Part shown: in pieces, positions 16,941-24,103 of the stretch
Layout of the letters: each line of letters opens with the position of its first letter
Numbering within the stretch: position 1 is the first letter of the stretch
Source of the DNA: Bacteroidia bacterium
GTDB taxonomy: Bacteria; Bacteroidota; Bacteroidia; Bacteroidales; CAJPTX01
Assembly: GCA_905373475.1 (NCBI GenBank)
Contig: CAJPTC010000003.1
Span: forward strand, 24,883 to 88,882
Length of the DNA stretch: 64,000 nt
Direction of reading: 5' to 3'
Notes under the pieces: model-generated
The model's database searches: none
Told to the model about the DNA's origin: nothing
Seen by the model: only the letters and a program-made list of their open reading frames with translations
Program-made: the position numbers and the translations under genes

Positions 16941-18302
16941 TTATAGAAGACCGTATATGAAAATTAAGATGATTGCCACAGGAGCAATAAATTGCAAAAT
17001 AAAGCGGTAAACGTTGAGTATTGAATGTCCGATCTTGATAGTGCCTCCGTTAGAAAGCTGCTCGTATACCAACGCTTTTTTGAGCCTCCAGCCAACAAAG
17101 AGCGAGACAAAAAGTCCACCAATTGGTAGGAAGAGTTTTGCCGTAATGAAGTCTAAGCGATCGAAGAACAGACTCGAGTATGAGCAGCCAAAGGCTAGTC
17201 CCATGAGCAAGATAGTCACGATAATTGTTGCTACAGTACGAGATATCTTGAATTCTTCATGTATAAAGACGGTGACCACTTCCATAAGGCTAATCATAGA
17301 AGTAAGTGCTGCAATGCCGAGGAAGATGAAGAAGATCGAGGACCACAAAGAGGAGAAGGGGAGTTGTCTGAAAAGTTCGGGGATGGTCATAAATACGAGA
17401 CCTGCGCCACCCTTCTCTAGCACTTCCTTTATTTCGTTAACTGGCAATGAAGAAAGAGCGAAAGCGGATGGGAAGATGGTAAGACCTGCGAGAATTGCCA
17501 CAATCGAGTCTAGGATTGCGACTTGCGTGGCGGTCTTAATCAGGTGTGAATCTTTGCGGAAGTATGATCCGTAGGTGATCATGATGCCCATACCGAGCGA
17601 GAGCGAAAAAAATGCTTGTCCGATGGCATCTAGGAATATTGTTGGGCGCATGGTTGATAGGTCTGGTTTGAATAAGAACTCTACACCTGCTTGTGCGCCG
17701 TCCAAAGTGAGCGAACGTATTGCTAGCCCAATGAGGAGTACAAACAAAAGTGGCATCATGAATTTGGCAGAGGTCTCAATCCCTTTTTTCACCCCAGAAA
17801 TTACAAAAAATGCAGTCAGTAGAATGAAGATGGTCGCCATAATTCCTTGACGTAGCGGGTTGGCAAGGAAGCGGGAGAAATAATCGCCATAGCCATTGTC
17901 AGCGGGATTCACACTCATGAGTGTGCCCGATACGGAATCTATGATGTATTCTAACGTCCAACCTCCTACAACGAAGTAGAAGCCCAAGATAAGAAACGAA
18001 GCTAGAACTCCCAGTCCTCCCACCAGTTGCCATCCTTCGCGTTTGGGAGCTAACTTAGAGAATGCGCCTGAGGCGTTGGCTTTTGCTGCACGCCCAATGA
18101 TAAGCTCGGCTATCATGAGCGGAAGCCCGAACACCAGAATGCACGCAATGTATACGAGCAAGAAGAGTGCGCCGCCATCACTAGCTGTGACACTCGGGAA
18201 GCGCCAAATATTGCCCAATCCTACTGCAGACCCTGCAGCTGCCGCTATAATCCCCAATTTTGAGGCGAATGTGGTACGAACCTTCTGTTTGTTTTCACTC
18301 AT
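16941..18302 (-). CDS. Sodium-dependent transporter, SNF (neurotransmitter:sodium symporter) family
   Basis: FASKLGIIAAAAGSAVGLGNIWRFP motif, about 12 TM segments, 453 aa. Confidence 0.9.
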   Translation of the reverse strand: MSENKQKVRTTFASKLGIIAAAAGSAVGLGNIWRFPSVTASDGGALFLLVYIACILVFGLPLMIAELIIGRAAKANASGAFSKLAPKREGWQLVGGLGVLASFLILGFYFVVGGWTLEYIIDSVSGTLMSVNPADNGYGDYFSRFLANPLRQGIMATIFILLTAFFVISGVKKGIETSAKFMMPLLFVLLIGLAIRSLTLDGAQAGVEFLFKPDLSTMRPTIFLDAIGQAFFSLSLGMGIMITYGSYFRKDSHLIKTATQVAILDSIVAILAGLTIFPSAFALSSLPVNEIKEVLEKGGAGLVFMTIPELFRQLPFSSLWSSIFFIFLGIAALTSMISLMEVVTVFIHEEFKISRTVATIIVTILLMGLAFGCSYSSLFFDRLDFITAKLFLPIGGLFVSLFVGWRLKKALVYEQLSNGGTIKIGHSILNVYRFILQFIAPVAIILIFIYGLL

Positions 18303-18380
18303 CTTATACCTAGATTTTTACTTTAAGTACTATCGAACTGGGTTTAACAATCTCTTGTTGTAGGTAGAGAATGTTCTTGT

Positions 18381-19304
18381 TTAAGCTTCCTCGTCTCGTT
18401 TTAAGAGCTTGGCTTCCTCGGGTGCATAATTATTAGGGTTTTCAGAATGTTTATTTTGCGGAGCTTTTATAACGATGAAAGATGGATTGACCATCTCTTC
18501 CTTATTGTAAATAAGTCTTTTGGGTTGTTTTTCCATGGTAACAACCACACAGTCTGCAAATTCACAAATAGCCTGCCCCGCTGCCGTATCCCATTCTGAG
18601 GTCGGGGTAATGCGTGGGTACAAATCTGCGGTTCCTTCTGCTACTAAACAGAATTTCTTAGAAGATCCCTGCGGAATGGGCGGAAGCATATCGGGGTGAA
18701 GTTCCCTGACTTTTTCTAGATAGGAAGTCATCTCAGGAGCTAAATGCGAGCGACTACTCACTACCGTGTAGCGGTGTTCGGCTTCGTATGGCAAAGGTAA
18801 GCGAAGAGCTTTAGGAAGTAGCTTTTCCACGCTGCAATCTTTGTACTCCTTTATTTCGCTAAGAGCTCTATTGGGTATCTTATATGAACCGACTGAGCGC
18901 GCAGCGAAGTAGAGCGTTTCGGTAGAGGGGAGGCAGATGACGCCGATAATAGGATTTCCCTCCTCTATGAGCGCTATATTTACTGTAAACTCGCCGTTTA
19001 CCTTTATAAACTCCTTTGTTCCGTCAATCGGGTCTACCAGCCAATAGAGCGACCAATTGGCACGCTCCTCGTAGTGTATCAACCTACCCTCTTCGCTCAT
19101 AAGAGGAATGTAGGTGTGAAGTAACTGTTCGCGTATCTCCGAATCCGAGATCTTGTCCGCTTTGGTCAGAGGCGTGGAGTCAGATTTCAGGTTTACGCCA
19201 AAATCGCCCGAATCGTATATTTCCCGTACTTTTTTCGACGCCGAAATAGCTGCGAAAACTGCATCCTGCAATAGCTTGGCTACCACCTCATCTCCCAATA
19301 TCAT
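18381..19304 (-). CDS. cysQ: 3'(2'),5'-bisphosphate nucleotidase CysQ / inositol-monophosphatase family
   Basis: MSEEG...WLVDPIDGTKEFI...EWDTAAGQAI motifs. It carries a roughly 35-aa charged C-terminal extension. Confidence 0.8.
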   Translation of the reverse strand: MILGDEVVAKLLQDAVFAAISASKKVREIYDSGDFGVNLKSDSTPLTKADKISDSEIREQLLHTYIPLMSEEGRLIHYEERANWSLYWLVDPIDGTKEFIKVNGEFTVNIALIEEGNPIIGVICLPSTETLYFAARSVGSYKIPNRALSEIKEYKDCSVEKLLPKALRLPLPYEAEHRYTVVSSRSHLAPEMTSYLEKVRELHPDMLPPIPQGSSKKFCLVAEGTADLYPRITPTSEWDTAAGQAICEFADCVVVTMEKQPKRLIYNKEEMVNPSFIVIKAPQNKHSENPNNYAPEEAKLLKRDEEA

Positions 19305-19434
19305 CCAGCCACCTTCTAAAATGAGAATTATTCACTATTACAAAAGTAACTAAATAAAAATGGAATCACAAAATCTTTTTCGATTAATGATTTAATCATT
19401 TGCTTTGCCCCCTCATCTCGCATCCCCAAAAACG

Positions 19435-19676
19435 GGCGTTGCGGGCAACGCCTCTACAACATTGATATTCAATGTCTTTTTGTTGCCATGCGCTCTAAAC
19501 AGCCGTCTGCGAGAGAACCACTTTGTGTAACACTTAATTCTTAGCTCTAAACTTGTACCAAAGGCGCTACATCCGCTTGTCGCCTCAATACAATTCAGCC
19601 CAAGGCACTGCCTTGGGCTGAATTGTTCTATCCTTTTTACGCCCTAAAAGGGCAATACAAATCATTGACTATCAAT
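19435..19676. repeat. MITE-like structured intergenic element: GC palindrome, about 27-bp imperfect inverted repeats, central 37-nt palindrome
   Basis: GGCGTTGCGGGCAACGCC lies at 19435..19452. The left arm ATTGATATTCAATGTCTTTTTGTTGCC starts at 19461. The reverse complement of the right arm (ending at 19676) is ATTGATAGTCAATGATTTGTATTGCC. No ORF is present. Confidence 0.6.
19590..19626. repeat. 37-nt perfect palindrome / hairpin (17-bp stem)
   Basis: ACAATTCAGCCCAAGGC-act-GCCTTGGGCTGAATTGT. It lies 113 nt downstream of the sufD stop. No U-tract follows it on the suf strand. Confidence 0.9.
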
Positions 19677-19738
19677 TTTATATTGCTTGCACTACCTCTC
19701 ACTCCGGATTTACGCCAACTGCATTACGTCTGTGTGGA

Positions 19739-21064
19739 CTATAATTTTTCCCCTTTTAAGCGAGATTCTATCAGCGTTTCAATCTGCTCTTGGATTACAG
19801 GAAGATGGATCTCGGAAATAACATCTTGCAAGAAAGCTCGCATCAATAGGCGCGTAACCTCTTTTTGCGGGATGCCTCGCGTTAGCATATAGAACTTCGC
19901 TTCCTCGTCTAGTTGTCCCACTGTTGCGCCATGACTACATTTTACGTCGTCGGCATCTATGAGCAATTGCGGACGCGTATGTGCTATGCCCCCGCGATTT
20001 ACCAACACGTTCGCATTGCGTTGGTAGGCTTGTGTTTTTTGCGCGTCGCGGTGTACATGAATGTGTCCAAAGAAAGAGTATTCCCCTCCGTCGTCTATCA
20101 ACGTTTTATACAATTGCGAGCTTGTGCAATTGGGCACTCTGTGTTCTACCCGCGTTACATTGTCTATATACTGCCCCTCATCCACCAAGGCTATACCAGA
20201 GAGATTGAGTTCGGCATATTGTCCACCTAAATCCACTACAACTTCATCGCGAATAAAACCTCCACGCAGAGTTATGGTGTTGTTGTAGAACTGCGCTTTT
20301 TCGTTAAGCTGCGCATAGGTATGGTTTAGTAGCGTTGTACGGTTGTGTACATTCTGCAACGTTACACAGCGTAAGGTCGCACCTGCGCCGAGTATACACT
20401 CAAGCGTGGCGTTAGATACAAAAGCAACCTCGGAGAGCGAATGCTCGCTGAGGTTACACTGGGCTTGTGCACCATTGCCCAACAGGATCAGATTCCGCTG
20501 GTTTACAAAAAGTGGGCGAGGTCCTTGCTGCACAAGGGTTATATTAAAAGGCTTGTCTGCCACGACATTTTCGGGGACGTACAGAAAGAACCCGTCTTCA
20601 GAAAGTAAAGTCGTTAATGCCTCTAGTACATCTTTGGCTTTATGTGCCAAGTAGGGGAGTACCAAATCGGGAAGCTCCTCAAGGGCTTTAGCAAGACTTC
20701 CGTAAACGATGCCCGAGGGAAGCCGAACCAAGCGTTCGTTCTCAGGTGCTATATATTTACCATTGATACAACGCAACGTGTACGTCTCATTCTTATTCAA
20801 CTTGTAGCCCAAGAAAGGGAGTTGGAGATACTCCATATTGGCACGATGCTCAGGCAAGTAAAGCTCCTGCTGAAACACGTTCTGCAATTTGGCAAATCGG
20901 AAAGTTTCGCTTTTTTGCGTGGGTAAGCCTTTGGAAAGTTCTTGCTGTGCCTGTTCCAACAACAGATGAAACTGAGGCGTATCTGCCCCCAAAGGCTTAT
21001 AATCCTGCATACGCCCAGCTTGTAGCAGCGTGGCGAGCGTATGCGGCAAGGTTACATTCGTCAT
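19739..21064 (-). CDS. sufD: Fe-S cluster assembly protein SufD
   Basis: C-terminal RPQLLIDADDVKCSHGATVGQLDEEAKFYMLTRGI motif. It follows sufC. Confidence 0.9.
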   Translation of the reverse strand: MTNVTLPHTLATLLQAGRMQDYKPLGADTPQFHLLLEQAQQELSKGLPTQKSETFRFAKLQNVFQQELYLPEHRANMEYLQLPFLGYKLNKNETYTLRCINGKYIAPENERLVRLPSGIVYGSLAKALEELPDLVLPYLAHKAKDVLEALTTLLSEDGFFLYVPENVVADKPFNITLVQQGPRPLFVNQRNLILLGNGAQAQCNLSEHSLSEVAFVSNATLECILGAGATLRCVTLQNVHNRTTLLNHTYAQLNEKAQFYNNTITLRGGFIRDEVVVDLGGQYAELNLSGIALVDEGQYIDNVTRVEHRVPNCTSSQLYKTLIDDGGEYSFFGHIHVHRDAQKTQAYQRNANVLVNRGGIAHTRPQLLIDADDVKCSHGATVGQLDEEAKFYMLTRGIPQKEVTRLLMRAFLQDVISEIHLPVIQEQIETLIESRLKGEKL

Positions 21065-21069
21065 CCTTC

Positions 21070-21816
21070 CTACTCCTTTAACCAGTCGTAACCACGTTCT
21101 TCGAGTTCGAGAGCAAGCTCCTTGCCACCAGTCTTCACGATTTTCCCTTTGTAAAGTACGTGCACTTTGTCGGGAACAATGTATTCGAGTAGACGCTGGT
21201 AGTGCGTAATTACGATAGTAGCACGTTGGGGGCTGCGTAGTTTGTTCACCCCGTTTGCTACGATGCGTAGTGCATCAATATCAAGTCCAGAGTCCGTCTC
21301 ATCTAGGATAGACAGAATTGGCTCAAGCATGGCCATCTGAAAAATCTCGTTCCGTTTCTTCTCGCCTCCAGAGAATCCTTCATTCACCGCACGCCCAGTC
21401 AAAGAAGCATCTAGTTCTACCAGCTCTTTTTTCTCGCGCATCAGTTTCAAAAAGTCGGAGGCATTTACAGGGGGCAAACCTTTGTATTCACGGTGAGCGT
21501 TGAGAGCCGCCTTCATGAAATTTACCATAGACACCCCTGGTATCTCTACGGGGTACTGAAAGCTTAGAAATAAGCCTTCTTGTGCCCGTTCTTCGGGGGG
21601 GAGGGCTAGCAAATCCTTCCCGTTGAAGGTTACCTTCCCTTCGGTTACCTCATATATATCGCGTCCTGCCAGAACCGCACTCAGTGTACTTTTTCCAGAG
21701 CCGTTAGGTCCCATAATAGCATGCACTTCGCCTGCGTTTACTTCAAGGTCTATGCCGCGTAGGATCTCCTTCCCCTCAATGCTGGCATGTAAATTCTCTA
21801 TTTTTAGTAACGACAT
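21070..21816 (-). CDS. sufC: Fe-S cluster assembly ATPase SufC
   Basis: MSLLKIENLHASIEGKEILRGIDLEV, Walker A GPNGSGKST, signature FSGGEKKRNEI, Walker B ILDETDSGLD. Confidence 0.95.
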   Translation of the reverse strand: MSLLKIENLHASIEGKEILRGIDLEVNAGEVHAIMGPNGSGKSTLSAVLAGRDIYEVTEGKVTFNGKDLLALPPEERAQEGLFLSFQYPVEIPGVSMVNFMKAALNAHREYKGLPPVNASDFLKLMREKKELVELDASLTGRAVNEGFSGGEKKRNEIFQMAMLEPILSILDETDSGLDIDALRIVANGVNKLRSPQRATIVITHYQRLLEYIVPDKVHVLYKGKIVKTGGKELALELEERGYDWLKE

Positions 21817-21866
21817 CGTAACATTTAGAATTATAGTGGAATAGAAACGCTTTGTGCTCGCATCAA

Positions 21867-23321
21867 TTAGCCTACACTCCCTTCCAGACTGACCATGAGA
21901 AGCTTCTGTGCTTCTACAGCAAATTCCATGGGGAGTTTATTGAGCACTTCTTTCGCGTATCCGTTTACAATCAGCCCAATGGCGTCTTCGGTCTTAATAC
22001 CGCGCTGGTTGCAGTAGAAGATCTGATCCTCGCCTATTTTCGAGGTCGTAGCTTCGTGTTCTACCACAGCCGTCGGATTCTTGACCTCTATCTCGGGGAA
22101 AGTATGTGCTCCACACTTGTCGCCCAAAAGCAGCGAGTCACACTGAGAGAAATTCCGGGCATTTTCCGCCTTGGTTGAGACCTTAACCAAGCCACGATAA
22201 CTATTGTCGCTCCGACCCGCCGAGATACCTTTAGAAACAATAAGACTTTTCGTACCGGGGGCAAGGTGAATCATTTTTGTACCAGTGTCTGCCTGTTGAA
22301 AGTGATTGGTTACAGCCACCGAGTAGAATTCAGCCACCGAGTTTTCGCCTGCCAAGATGCAACTGGGGTACTTCCACGTAATAGCCGAGCCAGTTTCCAC
22401 CTGAGTCCAAGAAATCTTGCTATTGCGTCCCTTGCAAATTCCACGTTTGGTTACGAAATTGTAAATCCCTCCTTTGCCTTCGGCATCGCCTGGATACCAG
22501 TTCTGTACGGTGGAATATTTTACTTCTGCTCCCTCCTCCGCCACGATCTCTACCACAGCTGCGTGCAGCTGGTTCTCGTCGCGCATTGGGGCTGTACAGC
22601 CTTCAAGATAGGATACATACGCATCGCGATCTGCTACAATGAGCGTGCGTTCAAACTGACCAGAGCCCATAGCATTTATGCGGAAGTAGGTACTGAGCTC
22701 CATTGGGCAACGTACCCCTTTAGGGATGTAGCAAAAACTCCCATCGCTAAACACCGCAGCATTTAAGGCGGCAAAAAAATTGTCGTTGTCGGGCACTACT
22801 GCCCCCAAATATTTTTGTATAAGCGTGGGGTAGTTCCGAATGGCTTCGTTCATCGAACAGAAGATGATTCCCTTCTCCGCGAGCGTTTCTTGAAAAGTAG
22901 TCTTTACAGAGGTACTATCCATCACAGCATCTACTGCAACGCCCGACAATATCTCGCGCTCCTTGAGTGGAATGCCAAGCTTATCGAACGTATTCAATAT
23001 CTCGGGATCTACTTCCTCTAATGAGGCAGCCTTCTTTTTCGGAGCAGCGTAGTAGATAATATCCTGAAAATCAATAGGAGGGATCTTAAGGTAAGCCCAG
23101 TCTGGCATGGTAAGCGTCTGCCAATGACGGAAGGCGCGGAGACGCCGATCGAGCATCCAAGCGGGCTCGCCCTTTATTTGCGATATACGCCGCACAATAT
23201 CTTCATTTAACCCTTTGGGAAGGGTATCGGTCTCTACGTCAGTATAAAATCCGTACTTGTAATCGCCAGAGGTCACTGACTCGAGAACGTCTTCTTGTTG
23301 AAGCTTTTTTTCGTCGTTCAT
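21867..23321 (-). CDS. sufB: Fe-S cluster assembly scaffold SufB
   Basis: Start moved to [12 protein letters not shown]. It contains YKYGFYTD...[11 protein letters not shown]...FYCNQRGI...LEGSVG, the typical SufB sequence. Confidence 0.95.
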   Translation of the reverse strand: MNDEKKLQQEDVLESVTSGDYKYGFYTDVETDTLPKGLNEDIVRRISQIKGEPAWMLDRRLRAFRHWQTLTMPDWAYLKIPPIDFQDIIYYAAPKKKAASLEEVDPEILNTFDKLGIPLKEREILSGVAVDAVMDSTSVKTTFQETLAEKGIIFCSMNEAIRNYPTLIQKYLGAVVPDNDNFFAALNAAVFSDGSFCYIPKGVRCPMELSTYFRINAMGSGQFERTLIVADRDAYVSYLEGCTAPMRDENQLHAAVVEIVAEEGAEVKYSTVQNWYPGDAEGKGGIYNFVTKRGICKGRNSKISWTQVETGSAITWKYPSCILAGENSVAEFYSVAVTNHFQQADTGTKMIHLAPGTKSLIVSKGISAGRSDNSYRGLVKVSTKAENARNFSQCDSLLLGDKCGAHTFPEIEVKNPTAVVEHEATTSKIGEDQIFYCNQRGIKTEDAIGLIVNGYAKEVLNKLPMEFAVEAQKLLMVSLEGSVG

Positions 23322-23366
23322 GCCGTGAATGAGCGGGACTCTATTTGTGTTCTTTCTACTTAAGAA

Positions 23367-23374
23367 CAAAAGTA
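23367..23374 (-). promoter_or_regulatory. Candidate -7 promoter box for sufBCD
   Basis: The reverse strand reads TACTTTTG, 46 nt upstream of the sufB ATG. Confidence 0.35.
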
Positions 23375-23593
23375 GTGGAAAAAAGTTTCAGAGGGCGAGG
23401 CGAATAAGTGATGCTACCAGCTACGTATGCATTTCCGATCATGTTTTGTGCAAGGCCTCATGATTTCATTACACTACGCATTACTCTATTCTCAAAACAT
23501 TGGTTCTCAACCTCGAGTTTGGGTATGTTGTACAAGCTATACTGGTAGGTATTGAAAAGTTTTTAACTTTGTATCTGTAGTCTTTTATTGAAG

Positions 23594-24103
23594 ATGTTGA
23601 CGGTTCGCTTAAAGCTCTACGTCGTGGATATGACGCCCGATTACCTCGACGAATTATTTCGTTCTCTACCCGATTATATCTCCTTTGAATATGAAACATA
23701 TGAGAATGGTAGCTCTTTTGTAGACAGCCTGCATCGGAAGCTGTCTGCCAACGAACTCCACGTAGTGCTACTTGCCTACCAGTTTGGTTATGGTTCATCG
23801 TACGTCATGAACGGGCTCGAGGTTCTGGAGGCAGCACGTGCATTACAACCCACCCTGAATTTCGTGATGTTGGCACAAAGCAAAGAGTTGGAATATACCA
23901 TGAAGGCGAAGTCGTTAGGCGCCTACGCAGTTATAAACCGTGACCAGTTACCCCTGCAAATCAATTCATTACTAATGGGTCTGATTGCAGAACAACGCAT
24001 ACCCTTTGCACGCCGCCATCTGCTCTTTGCAGGGCTTTATTTTCTCGTTGTTGTAGTAGCTTTCCTTGCGGTTTTTGTTGCCTTCAATTATTTAGACTTT
24101 TAG
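23594..24103 (+). CDS. Receiver-like (pseudo-REC) protein with a C-terminal transmembrane anchor
   Basis: The beta-alpha pattern resembles a CheY-like receiver: KLYVVDMTPD, HVVLLAYQFG, MNGLEVLEAARAL, NFVMLAQ, AYAVINRD. The phospho-acceptor position appears to be Ala (LLAYQ). The C-terminus LLFAGLYFLVVVVAFLAVFVAF is hydrophobic. An alternative TTG start lies at 23588. Confidence 0.5.
   Translation: MLTVRLKLYVVDMTPDYLDELFRSLPDYISFEYETYENGSSFVDSLHRKLSANELHVVLLAYQFGYGSSYVMNGLEVLEAARALQPTLNFVMLAQSKELEYTMKAKSLGAYAVINRDQLPLQINSLLMGLIAEQRIPFARRHLLFAGLYFLVVVVAFLAVFVAFNYLDF

Noticed and set aside
17014-17850. 186-aa and 91-aa plus-strand ORFs
   Set aside because: They are antisense shadow ORFs inside the SNF transporter gene, which has an unambiguous GLGNIWRFP signature.
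19491-19560. Two copies of GTTTAGAGC (reverse strand), reminiscent of the start of type II CRISPR repeats
   Set aside because: Only 9 nt are shared and only two copies exist. There is no regular repeat-spacer periodicity and no cas genes in the window. It is better explained as part of the MITE-like element.
19623-19892. 89-aa plus-strand ORF
   Set aside because: It starts inside the intergenic repeat element and runs antisense into the 3' end of sufD.
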